NCBI GenBank assembly: GCA_030390025.1
Contig: CM059443.1
Location: 63,798,001 to 63,862,000, forward strand
Length of the DNA stretch: 64,000 nucleotides
Direction of reading: 5' to 3'
Source of the DNA: Squalus acanthias
Taxonomy: Eukaryota
Below are positions 1 to 13,994 of the stretch, piece after piece. The notes below the pieces were generated by a model that saw only the letters and a program-made list of their open reading frames with translations, ran no database searches and had not been told where the DNA came from. Each line of letters starts with the position of its first letter. The first letter of the stretch is position 1. Made by a program: the position numbers and the translations under genes.

Positions 1-380
1 ATACTAGAGATTAGAAGGTTTAGACATAATTAAACTGAAGAAACTTTACTCGAACTGAGAGGTTAAGGTGATCTAAAAGAGGTGCACAAAATATAAGGAG
101 TAAGACGTAAATAGGGAAAAACTATTTCCACTGGTTGGTGAGTCAATAATCAGAGGGTATAAATTTAAAGTCATCACAGAAGGCGTGGTTAGGAGAAACT
201 TTTATTACACAGATGGCTATTAGGATACCATAATCCTACAATGCTAGAAGCAGAATCTATAATAGCTTTTAAAAGTGAAGTGGATAAATATTTTAAACTT
301 ATAAAAGTTTAGAAAAAGTATCTCTTTTAGAGCAGTAGGTTGAATGGCCCCCTTATGCTGTAAAATTCTATACTTTATGA
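1..380 (+). mobile_element. Degraded CR1-type LINE 3' fragment
   Basis: Resembles the RT C-terminus/3' UTR of other CR1 copies here and ends CTGTAAAATTCTAT. Confidence 0.6.
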
Positions 381-574
381 CTACCTCTGGTTCATGTCGT
401 CAGCAGGTACAAAGCATCAACACATTTAACATAAGCTAATAGACTGGAATACTTTCCAGTAATGTATATGTTCAGTTTAGGTTTTTCTTAAATATGTAGT
501 AAAACCTCAAAGGACTCAGTCCTAAGGGGCTGCATCATCAATTTGGATGTATCATGGTTGGCAGTCCTTTACTT

Positions 575-656
575 TCATAGAAACATAGAAAAATAGGAGC
601 AGGAGTAGGCCATTCGGCCCTTCGAGCCTGCTCCGCCATTCAATATGATCATGGCT
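575..656 (-). mobile_element. CR1 3' tail fragment
   Basis: CATAGAAACATAGAA..GGAGCAGGAGTAGGCCATTCGGCCCTTCGAGCCTGCTCCGCCATTCAAT, shared with 8268, 14176 and 20686. Confidence 0.75.
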
Positions 657-966
657 TTCCTGTCTAATTTTCTCCCCTTCCTCTGTGAACCTGGACAGCA
701 CGTGTTGCCAGGCTCTTTAATTGTGAGATGCATCACATCAGGGCCCAATTTTCCTCCCCTTGGATGTCCAAATAGACACGTTCAACAATGGTCAGTGGTA
801 CCCTGACTGATTTTCTTTTCCCCCCACTTTCCCTTCCCATCCTAGGATTATTGACCCTGGATTGTGGCACCGCTACTGTTACCCAGAATGAGAACAGCTA
901 ACTCAGCATAGACTGGGTAATGGACCAATGACATTCTGGTCAGGATAGCCCCAGCAGCGTGTTCAT

Positions 967-1248
967 GAGAATCATAGAAATTTACAGCACAGAAGGAGGG
1001 CATTCTGCCTGTCGTGTCTATGCCGGCCAAAAAAGAGCTATCCAGCCTAATCCCACTTTACAGCTCTTGGTCCGCAGCCCTGTAGGTTACAGCACTTCAA
1101 GTGCATATCCAAGTACTTTTTAAATGTGATGAGGGTTTCTGCCTCTCCCACCCTTTTAGGCAGAGAGTTCCAGACCCCCACCACCCTCTGGGTGAAAAAA
1201 GTTCTCCTCAACTCCCCTCTAATCCTTCTACCAATTACTTTAAATCTA
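967..1248 (-). mobile_element. CR1 3' fragment
   Basis: GAATCATAGAAATTTACAGCACAGAAGGAGG tail followed by the typical CCACCACCCTCTGGGTGAAAAA segment. Confidence 0.7.
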
Positions 1249-2129
1249 GTGTTGCTTTTACCAACTGAGCATTCGGGCAGCTGTGTGTAACAGTCCTAAT
1301 GTGTTACCCACACGAAAATAATGCGGTGAAATGTTAGGTGAATGGAAATAAAACTCAGGTTTGATTTTGGAAGGAAGAGTTAAAATTGAAGCTGAAAAGC
1401 TTGAATTGTGTCTATAGAATTTTTTTAAACTTTCCTTTATGCTGCTGTGCAGAAACATTTATGGGGAAGCATATTTGATATGGTTGTTTACAAACGTAGA
1501 TTAACTTCTGTAACACTAGACTTTGTTTTTCTTTACTTTAGTGGCAGAAATCAGATGTCATAGGACGCAAAAGTACAACAGATAGAAAAGCTGAAAAAAA
1601 ATGGACCTAACAGTGGGGCTGATTAGAAAACATTGTCCTGTTGACCATGGAAGTAGGTTTGATTTTAGCCTGGACAAATTTAAATTTGTCTCTTCACCGC
1701 TGGTGATTAAAGTACCAAATGAAATTAGTTTAGTGAGTGTTAAATGAGCCCCTGTCTGGTACATCTCCAGGTACAAAACAGTTTTCTTGTATTTGACATA
1801 AGCAGATCAATTTAGAAACCTAGGAGGCCATTAGGCTCGACGTAAAGGTGGGAAAACACAGTGATTGTGCAGTTAAGCACCAAAACCATCCGCAGTCAGA
1901 TTTGTTGAGGGAGCTCTCAATTGTATATGCTGACTGTTACTTTGTGCTTTAATCATCACAAAGCTTTCCCATTCAAAACAAGAATGTTTTTGCGTTTTCG
2001 CCGCTAATAGACAGTTTGGCATGTGGTACTGATTTTTGAAGTTTAAACAATTTTTTTTGGAATCAGGACTGAATACTTCTGAAGGTTTAGTTGAGTAAAT
2101 GCATCCTGTGATGTGACAGTAAGTCATAC

Positions 2130-2365
2130 AGACCAGAAGGTGCCTGGTTTGATTTGCACTGTGTGATGAGTTAGCTGATCTTAATTTGGAGCAACAGGTG
2201 GGCCTCAGTGTTCCAACTTTAGGGAGTGAAAAAAATCAGCCGGGGTTCCTGCTTCCACTTGCTATCGAGTGACTAGTGACCCCTGCTGGAAATTGCACGT
2301 GAGTATCGGGAGAGAACAAGATCAGACTTGTCTGTGATGGCCTCCTTGGTCAAAACAGCTGACTC
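2130..2365 (+). repeat. Unclassified SINE-like interspersed repeat (related pieces at ~690-960 minus, ~52960-53080 minus, ~60170-60330 minus, and flanking the 61.1-62.6 kb satellite)
   Basis: Shared blocks GAGTTAGCTGATCT, TCAGCCGGGGTTCCTGCT, GACCCCTGCTGGAAA and GCTTGGCTGTGATG. Confidence 0.5.
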
Positions 2366-3656
2366 TGTAAGCTCACATATGAATGTTCCTTGGGCAAGAA
2401 ACCATGGAGCTGTACCCCAGGTATTTCCAGCGCTTTCAAGAGGTGAGAAAATTGGGGCGGGGCAAGGAGAGATGGAAGAGATAGTGTAATGGATTCGCGT
2501 TGACTGTCCAGTAACCCACAGGAATGTATAAACACTTGGGTCTGTAAAGTTAATGGCTGAACTTGCATTAAAGCAACCAGCTGCGATTGGTTACGATTGG
2601 CAACCTCATCATAGTCATGAGACTGGTCTGTACTGTAAGATCGCATGTGTAATGGGATGGGTAGATTTTTCTTTTGCACCAGTTAAACCACATGTAAGGA
2701 AGTGTTGAAGAACTGTGTCATTGCTGTCTGAAATTGGCTATGAAAATGGCAGGTAACAGCTGGCCAGTGGCTGAAGTGATTTACAGCTGAAAAGATATGC
2801 CTTTAAGCTTTTGCTTGTGGTTGCTTTAGTCTCTGGCATATGATCCTAATATTTTAGTTGTGTTGCTATGGCATCAATTGTAGGCTACAGCAAGAGTCTT
2901 TTTACAGTACATTTTTTCCATATGACTGCTCTGTTTATCCCAGACCCACGTATTCATTCAATCCAAAAACTATGCAATTTCCTTGCAAACAATATAGTAG
3001 CCAAGCACATTGAAAACTGTAATAAATTATATGAAAATGTCAAATTTAAGTTGAGTTCCATAATATTACTACATGTAGAAGTATAAGCTCACGAAGAATG
3101 GACACAAATAAGTTGTGGTCTGCGGCAAGACTAGAAATCAGGATAACATCAGAAAATTAACTTGAAAACCTTTCCACGAAAGCATTCCAGATTTCACTTG
3201 TTAGTTTTGAAGTCACAAAATGGCAAACTCAGAACTTAAATGGTTAACAGGTTTTAATTGTTCAGCCAGATGTCTGACACAGAAACCCATCCACACGGGC
3301 GGTTTCTGTTTGCCTGATATGGAGTGCACACTTCTCCCCCTGTAGGAACTCTACTTATCGAAGTCCAGAGTGCTTTGGCACAGGTTGGCAACAGCTCCAA
3401 GTGTGCACAGGCATATGTTGAAGTTTAGTGAGCTAAACCTGCACAGCTTGCCAGCGGAGAGAATTTAAGCTTCCAGCTGCTTGTTTGGCTAGGACAGCCC
3501 TACTCATTGAGGCACTGACTTGCAGGTTTATCTGGAGCTTCAGTGAGAAGAATCCCAGTCCTCAGTGACGGCTCTACCCCTACAGGTGCCATTAATGAGC
3601 TTGGCTGGCTGGTCATTCAGCGGTGCCCAAGCCAACTTGACCCTTTTCTCCCTGCG

Positions 3657-3681
3657 CCCCCCCCCCCCCCCCCCCCCCCCC
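3657..3681. repeat. Poly-C tract
   Basis: About 25 consecutive C. Confidence 0.9.
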
Positions 3682-4484
3682 AAAAGAGGGTATTAACTTG
3701 ATGGTCGGATAGGTGCTTGACAGGCAACCATTTTGCTAAGGAGGTTTATATGTAGATTAATACTTCTATAGACCTTTTTTTAATGGGCCAAAGATGAAAA
3801 CCATGCTTTGCAACAGCTCCGTCCAAGTGAAATTCCAAATCAGCAGCATGCTGTTGTTTTCAGTTCTATTTGATAAATTAAACCGTCAAATGAAATGATC
3901 AGATTTTCAAAGATGTCTGGGCAGTTTAAGTAATTTCATGGTACAGTATAATTTATATAATACTTGTACCTCCATCCACTGAATCACTTACACTGCAGGT
4001 AAATCTGGATCAAAATGTTATTACTATTTGTTTTCTCCAAATAAGTCTGTGTGCTAATGGACTGAAGATTGTTCACCGCGATGAGTGATGAAAATGTACT
4101 TCTAGAATGGTGGTATCGGTATTGTACATTTTATTGTTGGGCTTGGGTCACATGTTTTTATATTGAAGAACGTGTGGGAAGTTGGAATTTCTTGTTTGGA
4201 TCAGGTACTGTATGTGTTTACCGTAGCAGTGTTACATGTCTGCAGTGTTGAACCTGGCTTAATATCGGACCATCCTATGGGGAGCTTAGATTCTAATTGG
4301 TCTCGACAGCGAGAACTGAACCGTTGCAAGTTGGACAGCTTGTCAATATATTAAAACTGAAGATTGGTGAGGTACTGATACTTTTCCCATTGATGCCATA
4401 ACAGATTTACAAAGGTTGCATCTAGGGCACATAAGATCATTACTGCACCAAACTTAGATTCTTTAAAGAGATGAAAAGTAAAAA

Positions 4485-4578
4485 CATGAAACCTGAAATA
4501 AAAACAGAAATCTTCTGCTGAAGGGTCTCCACCAAATGAATGTTGTGTATTTTGAGCACTTTCTGTATTTATTTTAGA
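4485..4578. mobile_element. Degenerate PLE family A-like mini palindrome
   Basis: CTGAAATAAAAACAGAAA ... TTTCTGTATTTATTTTAG inverted ends surround a decayed CTGCTGAAGGGTC core. Confidence 0.4.
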
Positions 4579-6109
4579 CTCTTGGAATACAATAATTGGA
4601 TGCCTGAAAATGAGACTGGCGATTTAAGAATCCTGGATCTGACTTTGATATCCTGTATGTAGGTTAAAAGGTTTTCTCACCTGCGGCGTATCAGAATAGT
4701 TTCATAACCCAATTTTGTGCACAGAAATATTGCAGATGAGCATTCTGAATCATACTGCAATTCCTCCCACAATTCAGTCATCATCCCCTAGATACTCTGT
4801 TGTGGAAATAAATTGTGAATTGCTGACTGCACTGCCACAGCTTTAGATCATTCAGTTAATTGTTGAGAGGTGGCAGTGCAAGTGTTTCAGGTAGCACTCC
4901 ACATTCCAATTTGTGCATAATCTATCCAAGTACCACGGACTCTACTGCTATCTGTTTGAACACAGAAATCATTCTGGAAACACTGCAACTGGTGGATCTG
5001 GTGAGAGTTCAATTTTTTTTAAATGGTTAGGGAAGGACCTTTGTTCCAGCTTCAGTAACAGTTCTAGCAACAAAGCTGCTTTCAGTCAATCCATTGACAA
5101 ATAATTGGTTTTCCACTCCTGAGTTGAAGTCTTGATACTTATAGCATAAATGTGCTGCAGACTTTGGTTAACAAGTCCATTAACTTTGTTTTTGTGACTT
5201 CATTTAGCGAAAAGGTCCCCTTTTTGTGCTACTTTAATCAATAGAGAATACAAATGTTTCTCAAGTCTTATTGTTTGAAGAAAATGTACATGCTCACCTG
5301 AGCGGCAATTAGAAAAGGAAGGTGACTGGCATGCAACTAAAGGTTGCGGGTGACTTGTTTCTAAACCTCAACCACAAGCCAAATTATCTGATTTTCCTGT
5401 ACTGTAACATTGGCACTAATGGCGGTGTGCTATTCTGCCAGTCTTACAGCAAAACTGTATTGTGGCTCCAAAGTTACCGTATTGGCAGCAACTGCATCTG
5501 CTTGGCTTATTGAGGCACTCACCAGAAAATGGCGTGGATATCACTCAGTTTGAGGTATGTTTCTTGCCAGCTGATCCTTTGAACATCATTGGCACTTAAA
5601 ACCATGATGGATGCTGTAAACTGCACACCTGCTGCTGTTCTGGCTAGAAGATCAAAGCATAAATTAACATTTACAAATAAGATGAGTTTGACTATTTTTG
5701 GGAAATGTTCCGTGATGCCAATTGGATTAATTAATCAACCTTTAAAAGCTTTATCTTCAGTAAAATCTGCTAGAAATTCCATGAAGATTTCAAATTTGAA
5801 TCATTAGTTTTCCACAAAACCAGCTGCTTTGCAATCGAGAGAAATGAAGGGTTAAACCAGGCTTATGAGTGCTTTAGAGTTTGTTGCTTTCCCTAATGAT
5901 ATTTCTGCCTTTCTTTGATCTCAAACTAACCAATTCCCCAATACACTTGATGTGGCTTTGACTTGCCCTCTTTAATGTTAAGCCAATTTTCTTTTTATTA
6001 AATAGGATTTTAATTAAAAAGGATATTTTGTTTTCATCCAATTTTATCTTTTTATCAATCTAAGTTTTTCCCACAATTGATTTTAGTTGTAGAATGGCTG
6101 CTGAAGACT

Positions 6110-6565
6110 CGAATGAGTGTGCTAGGGATGAGGGATAACAGTTACGAAGTTAGGGCTTATTTCACTGCAGCTGGGAAGGTTAATAGTTGACCTGATAGAG
6201 GTCTTCAAAATTACGAAGGATTATGATTAGGTAAATAGTGATCAATGGTTTCCACTCGTTGTCATGAGGGTAATAAAAGGGCACAGATTTAAGATAAGAG
6301 TTAAAGCGGATGTTACAAAATACTCACTTACACAAAAGGTGGGTTGTATGTGGAATTCGCTGCCACAGATCATTGTTGGGCCAGAGCTCATAAGTTTTAT
6401 TAAAAGAGAGTTAGACAGCTACTTGAGAAAGAAGAATATTAATAGATATGGGGAGCAAGCAGAAGAGTGAGATTAGACTCGACAAGGTGGCTAATGTGGA
6501 GAGAAACACTGACAGAGGCTCGATGGGCTCAATAACCTGTTCCTGTGCTGTAGCATTCTATAAAT
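6110..6565 (+). mobile_element. CR1 3' fragment
   Basis: ORF 6264-6470 (GHRFKIR..MWNSLP..KRELDSYL) is the CR1 ORF2 C-terminus; the fragment ends CTGTGCTGTAGCATTCTAT. Confidence 0.75.
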
Positions 6566-7185
6566 TTGTGTTTTAAGTTATTTTTTTTTTTAAGGGAAAT
6601 TTAATGCCATGGGTAAATCTGTGAAATCTAAAAATAAAATTTTGCTGCTTGATTATAATATTTTTATTTTCACATGGAAGAGTAATCACTAGAACTTGAA
6701 TTCTAATTTTTTAATTTGCATGTCTTCCCAATTTCACACACCATTCTACAGTGAAGAAGGTGCACAGGCAGCATACCACTGAGATTTTAGATCTTTATAA
6801 CAAGCCACAAACCACAACAAACTCTCTTATGAATGATTATTTTCTAAGGTAGAACTTGAAAGAATAGGTAAGCACCTGTTATAACGATTAGGGGTATCAA
6901 TATATGTGTGATAGAAGCAGAGTTCCAACCTGCTTCAAACTGCACACTATTTGTATTCTGTTTTTTTGAATATGGAATTTTAGATTGACCAATATATTGT
7001 GAATCTGAAATGGATCTTGCTCAGCAGTATCTCTAGGGGCAAGCTTATTGTGACGACCAGAACTAGGTTACCTGGCCAAAGCCCAAGTAACCTTTGAACT
7101 CGAGCTAATAAAGTTAATGGTTTCTAGGAAGATAATGGGCATTTAATCTGTAAACTCCAATGACAGTCCAACAGACATTAAGAGT

Positions 7186-7379
7186 ACAAAAGCAAAATAC
7201 TGCGGATGCTGGAACTCTGAAATAAAAACAGAAAATGCTGGAAATACTCAGCAGGTCAGGCAGCATCTGTGTAGAGAGAAACAGAGTTAACGTTTCAGGT
7301 TGATGACGAAGGGTCATCGACCTGAAACGTTGACTCTGTTTCTCTCTCTACAACTGCTGCCTGATCTGCTGAGTATTTC
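7186..7379. mobile_element. Mini palindromic PLE insertion (family A)
   Basis: Starts with the GCAAAATACTGCGGATGCTGG tail seen at 54589. Inverted arms meet at TGATGACGAAGGGTCATCGACCTGAAACG. TSD CAGACATTA(A/G)GAGT at 7172-7185 and 7380-7393. Confidence 0.85.
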
Positions 7380-8267
7380 CAGACATTAGGAGTGGTTTAG
7401 CTTTGAGACACATGTTAATGTGTGCATGTTTTCAGAGTGAAGAAGTAGACAGCCATTATCCATAATGGCTGATTCAAAAGGATATCTTGAAAGTAAGGAA
7501 GTTGTGAACAATCGCACCGATGGCATGAAATGCTTCTTTTATGATAAAGGCGCGGCCATAGCTGCTCCTCTTTAGTTTTCTCTCAGTACTACACTGAAGT
7601 GTCAGCCTGTGGATCGTGTATAAATATTGTATTAGGAAGTCTGTATGCCCTAGAAATCTTGCAGATCATCAGACTATAAGAAATACACTTTGAAAAGAAT
7701 ATTTGATGTCCTGTGGACTGATTCAGTCGTTTTACAGTATTCATACTATCAGTATCTTTCTGTATTCTGTACAATTACACATCTTGCAAGTCATTTGATT
7801 AATAGTTTTTAACCTGAACAGTGTGTTGTTCTCTGCTTTTTGGAGAAGAAAAGCAGAAGGAGTTCATGGCGGGCCTCCAGTACAAAGTATCTCGGTGAAA
7901 GGATCATTGTTAATTCTGTAGCATGCCATTCCCTTTCACGGCACACATAAATGTGATATTGATCATAGAGGACATGGCCTGCTTATAGAAATGGCATCTT
8001 GCTGTGTAGTCAAAAAAAAGAAAGTTTGAAAAAAAGCCTGAATCATAACAGTATGGTCCTGGAGATGGAAGAAAGACACACCTGTTGAAACACTGTGGTG
8101 AGAAAAAACCCACTTGTATTTGCCTGGTAATTTTAAACCGATGAGGTATGTACTCCAACAGTAGTTTGAGTAACATCCAAACTTGAATTTGGGAGTTTTC
8201 CTGCAGAATGAAGTAATTCCCATCAGGCTGATTTTAATACCTGTTATGAATTTCTTACGTCAATGAT

Positions 8268-9120
8268 AACATAACATAAGAAATAGGAGCAGGAATAGGC
8301 CACTTGGCCCCTCGAGCCTGCTCCGCCATTCAATAAGATCACGGCTGATCTTGGGCTCAAAGCCACTTCCCAGCCCACTCCCCATAACCCTTCACTCCCT
8401 TATCTTGCAAAAATCTGTCTATCTCCACTTTAAATTTATTTAATGACCCGGCCTCCACAGCTCTCTGGGGCAGAGAATTCCACAAATGTACGACCCTCAG
8501 AGTAGAAGTTCCTCCTCATCTCAGTTCTAAAAGGGCAACCCTTTATTCTGAGACTGTGCCCCCGAGTTCTAGATTTCCCCATGAGGGGAAACATCCTCTC
8601 TGCATCTACCCTGTTGAGCCCCCTCAGTATCTTATATGTTTCGATAAGATCACCTCTCATTCTTCTAAATTCCAATGAGTACAGGCCCAGCCTGCTCAAC
8701 CTTTCCTCATAAATCAAACCCCTCATCTCTGGAATTAACCTAGTGAATCGTCTCTGAACTGCCTCCAATGCAAGTATATCCTTCCTTAAATAAGGAGACC
8801 AAAACTGTACGCAGTACTCAAGGTGTGGTCTCACCAATACCTTGTACAGTTGTAGCAGGGCTTCCCTGCTTTTATACTCCAACCCCCTTGAAATAAAGGC
8901 CCAACATTCCATTTGCCTTTTTGATTACTTGCTGTACCTGCATGCTAACTTTTTGTGTTTCATGCACAAGGACCCCCAGGTCCCTCTGAACTGTAGCATT
9001 TTATAATCTCTCCATTTAAATAATAGTTTGCTTTTTTATTTTTCCTGCCAAAGTGGATGACCTCACACTTTCCCACATTATACTCCATCTGCCAAATGTT
9101 TGCCCACTCACCTAGCCTAG
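8268..9120 (-). mobile_element. CR1 LINE 3' fragment
   Basis: ORF 8436-8912 LYKVLVRPHLEYCVQFWSPY..LEAVQRRFTRLIP..RRMRGDLIETYKI; AACAT repeat tail. Confidence 0.92.
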
Positions 9121-9989
9121 CCTCTCAGTCATTGTGTTAGGCTGGTCATTCAGTACTAGCTGATGCATGAGCTGAATTAGGTAATGCAAGCTCTGATGCT
9201 GTACTCCTAGAAACGCCTGTAAGGAAGGAATAGTAACCGCAAATAAACTATGCAGTAAAGCAGTTAAGAGAATTTACAAATATGAGTTTTTTCATTGTTA
9301 TTGCAGACAATTAACTTTTTTCCCAAGTAAAGACAACATTAAATCAATCTGGATAGCTAATAAGTCTGAACAAAACTTGGAAAACTGTTTTCTGTTCAAA
9401 CAGATTATATTTAATCCTGATCACTAGATTTTAATTATGAACTCTTGTTGACGTGTCATTTTTGTCCACATTACAAGCAGCTTACCATTTTTATAGCCCA
9501 CAAAACTGGACATATAATTATGGCCTGCCTACATCATGGCTTGCTTGGCTTCTCCACTGGTTAGTGGTGTCTCACAGTAACCAGGCCAAAAATACTCCAG
9601 TCAAACCACTAAAAAAAAGTATAAAATGTCAGACAAGGATCCAGAGATTTTATTTTAAATTTACATATTTTCTCAGTTTAGTTTTAAATTCAGAGCAAAA
9701 GTCCTGTTTTAACGTCCTGCAAGATACCTATAATATCACCTCTTTTAATATTTTAAGCAAAGTTTGCAACTATGAAAACACGGGTCTTGTTACTGCAGTA
9801 GAGTCTCTATGTTTATTTTCTCTGTCAATTCCCCACCCCTCCCCACTATCCCCTAAAGGTATTGAGTCCTTGCAGTGGTACAGTTCCATGGGTTCTGAGC
9901 ATTATCTGGGATATCACTGTCCAGCCCAATCTTGCCCTAATTGGACATCCACACCCTGGAAGTCATTAGGGGCAAGGACCTTGATTGTC

Positions 9990-10472
9990 TTTTATCAAAC
10001 AAGATTTGACACCGAGCCACATAAGGAGATTTAGGCCAGGTGACCAAAAGCTTGGCCAAAGAGGTAGGTTTTAAGGAGCATCTTGAAGGAAGAGGGAGAA
10101 GTGGAGCAGTTTAGGGAGGGAATTCCAGAGCTTAGGGCCTAGGCAGCTGAAGGCTTGGCCACCAATGGTGGAGCAATTAAAATCGTGAATGAGCACGAGG
10201 CCAGAATTAGAGGAGCGCAGAGATTTTGAAGGATTGTGGGGCTGGAGGAAGTTACAGAGTTATGGAGGGATTTGAAAACAAGGATGAGAATTTTAAAATT
10301 GAGGCGTTGCCGGACTGGAAGCCAGTGTAAGTCAGCGAGCACAGGGGTGATGAGTGAACGGGATTTGGTGTGAGTTAGGATAAGGGCAGCACAGTTTTGG
10401 ATGAGCTCAAGTTTATGGAGGGTGGAAGATGGAAGGCCTGCCAGGAGAGCATTGGAATAGTCAAGTCTAGAG
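9990..10472 (-). mobile_element. L2-type LINE 3' fragment
   Basis: ORF 10139-10342 LADLHWLPVRQRLNFKIL is the L2 ORF2 C-terminal motif. Confidence 0.85.
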
Positions 10473-13400
10473 GTAGTTGTGAAGGGGTTAAGTGGCTAAA
10501 GTATTTTTACATTACTACTGCACTGGAGTGGGTGATGCTCATCTCAATTTCACAACAGGTGTTCCTTCATGCTTTTTAAAAAAAAAAGTTGTCAGGGTGA
10601 GAGGCGCCAACATGGATCTAACTGCCAATGACAGGTCGATCTGTTTCACATGTGCTGTGCGATGCATATCTTTCAGTGCCAGCATGTTGCTGTGACCGGA
10701 AAACTTCTTGTTAAATGATACCGTAGGATTTAGATTCTATAAGTCCAATGTAAAATGTGCTTTTGTACAATCTGTTTTTCCTTTTCAAAATGTTTTAATG
10801 CTTGCATTTCTTTGATCTGTCACATAACTATTGTGTTACTATATGCATAAACCATGTTAATGATGCAAGCCTAAGTATATAAGTTTCCCATGTGACAGTA
10901 ATTGCACTCCAAAGGTAATTCATTGTTTGTGAAGCACTTTTGGATGTTTGAGAGACTGGATAAGGCGCTATATAAATGCATGTTTTGCTCATTTGCTCGC
11001 TTTGTTTCTCAATACTGCTATCCTCAAGACACTTAGTTCAAACCATTGAAGGGATTCTGATGGTGAAAAGATTATGCAGAAATTGAAAACCCTACTGAAG
11101 TGCATTCTGGAGACATTCGAGCACAGGCATTAACAACTCTAGTAGGGAATATCATGCAAATACCAGTTTGGGTCATGTAAATAGTTGATTCTCATTGCAG
11201 CAATAACTTTAAGGTTTCCTGACAACAAAAGTATCTAGATCCAGCAAGTATCACTTACAAAGAGTGACAGCCGCTCTATTCGTTGGCTGTTTTTAAAAAT
11301 GCCGCTATGTTTAAATGAATATTCCAAACGTGTTGTACTTGCTGCTGATAAATTTTACTCCGAACATTTGCCTGGCGTTAACAGCTCTGTCGGTAATGTC
11401 CTGTAATGAGTGAGTGCGTGTCTACATAGCACTCCGGATGCACAGCATCCATATAAAATGAGCACTTCATTCTTCAAGTTAGAACTTTGTTATTAAAGGT
11501 GTTTTGCTATTTTGCTGATTTCTGTGTAGCTGTTTGTAACAAGCTATTTTGCTGTCGTGGGAGAAAGTTAATGAAACAAATAGGAGTCTTGCTGAGAGTT
11601 TTCAAAGCTTCGCTGCATCTGTTCTCTGTACATGTTTCCTCCTGAGAACAGTCATTGTGTGCTGCTTTTAGAAGAACTATGGGTAGTCCCTTTTGGCAGA
11701 ACGAGGATCACAGGGAGTATGCCAGGCGGGTGCTACAGGTTAATCAGTACCTGTTTTTATGCTGGCAGCCATGTTTACAGGTTCAGACATTTGTACCTGG
11801 ATATGTTGGGTGAAATCTGTTTGCGGAGACTATGATCCCCCAAGGAGGTCATTACTGAACTTTGTACACTCTTGCAGCCACACCTGAAAATCATGTCAGC
11901 AACAGGACAGCTTAAGTGGTCACAATCAAGGTGACTGCAGAGCTGAATTTTTATGCCATGGGATTGATCCAAACAACTGCAGGAGATATCTGCCAAATCT
12001 CTGAAGCTGCAGTCTAAAGTTGCAAAATGCAGGTGACAAAAGCCTTGTTTTCCTGGGTGTCTCAGTTCAACAGTTCCCCTATGAAAAACAGGTAGTAGCA
12101 GCTCTGCACTTTTATTGCCTGTCTGGATTACCCAGGATGTCAACGGTACAAATTTAAGGTCTGCTGTAGCTATGTCAGTGACACAGGGTACTCCCATAAG
12201 CAGACCGTGCACTTCTTGCATTCCAGAGTTAACTCACCTTGCACAATATCTACCTACACAATAGTGTAACCTAGAGCCGTGACAATAGTCAATAGTATCC
12301 TCCTTGAGATTGGAACTTGGATATTCATGTTTTTTAAATGTTTGCTTCTTCAATCTCTTCTGAAAGGCAGTTCCAACAAACACTGGGTAAAACAAAGTCA
12401 GAAATCAATTCTTGGCTGCTTTATTTCACAGTAGATTGATGTGCAGTGCAACAGTTATGATTGGATTCAGTTATTTCAATCCGTACAACTTGACTTCACT
12501 TAATAATGCAAAATAATGAACATGCTACGCTGCCACACCAGTGGGTTATCTTGCTTGACGTAAACAGAATAATTCCTGACTACACACTCCTGCATTTTAA
12601 CCTCCTTGCAGCCTTTGCTGGATCTGACTGCCTTACAGCTTTCTCTTTCAAAATCCTGATGGACTATTTGTGTCCCTGTCTCTTGCGTTTTATCTGCCTC
12701 CGTTCACAGCCAGGATACGATCAGAGATTATCTAACACAGTGGTTGAGGTATTTTTCGATTGCCAGCACAGGCTAATAAATTAGTTATTATTTACAGTCT
12801 GTGGGGAAACATCAAAGCTAGCTCATTAGCATCTCAACTGCCTATTGTTGCAGAGCTTTATTTAACATGTCAATAAATTGTGCTTTAAAACCAACATTTA
12901 AAGCTTTAAAAAAAAATGTGACTTTTTCTACTGGGAGAAATGGTCAAGTGTTGCCGAAACATGCCATTAAGGCATTATTGATGGCAAGAGGTGGTTCCGT
13001 CATTATTTGAAGGGCCACCAAGACAGGATGGATGGGTGGAGGAGCAAGGCAATCCACCTCTGGCATGACTGATTACCCAATTAGTAAGCCAAGAGGAAGA
13101 GGGAAATTAAGTGCTGTTACCCATATCCGGGTTGAGAAATTATTAACATTTTAAAGCAAATAACCACATGTCTGAACTGACCAAAGGGAATGTTATAGTA
13201 CAGCCATGTAAAGGTGTCCAAAATGATTGTACCTGCTGCCTTTTACACAACTTTGCCCTGAAAATGGGCCTTACCATGAAGCAGGCTCCAGAAGACACCT
13301 GCCATCACCAGTTGCAGAAGATGACTCCCGACTAGAAAACGCATCTGGCTAAACAATTGGCCAGTCAGTCACAGTGATTGGACAGCCTGTAATAGAACTG

Positions 13401-13994
13401 TATGACTCAACCTCAACAGTCTTATCCACATGTGGCGCAATACCCTATCCTAGCCAACTATAAAGCATCATTCCCCATTCCCCTCAGCCTTACATCAGGA
13501 TATCTAAGTACAGCACCATTTCTCACCAATTACTTTAATCTGCCTCATAGCTAAAGAACTGTTAGTATACAATACATGATCATCAGAGATCCCACCTTTT
13601 ATGAACTTGAATGTTGTGTGGTACAGGTGTGTTCAGAATTGTACTTCCTTTTGCCACACTGTATGGGAGGGCGTTTTTTCCCCCCATCGTTATTGTAGGA
13701 CAGCTAGTGCTCTTGAAATGTCAACCCTTCTGTGACTACATGTTCTGTGCACTGTGTTAAAATGTTAACAAGCTGACCTGACATTTTGGTGCAAAGCCAG
13801 CTCATTTCACTGCCGGCGCACACAGCACTCGAGAAGCAGTGGCCTCGCTGCCAGTGCGCTCGGAGTGCATTATCATCAGCCCCGTTGTTCAATTAAATAA
13901 AACAAAAATAATTTACCTTTGGAATTGCAAAACAAAAACTTGAAGGAAAATAACTCTGTTGATAGACAACATGGATATTTCAGTGGCAGTGTGC

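Noticed and set aside
9453-10034. 193-aa ORF
   Set aside because: Non-ATG start, no recognisable domain, and runs into interspersed repeats.
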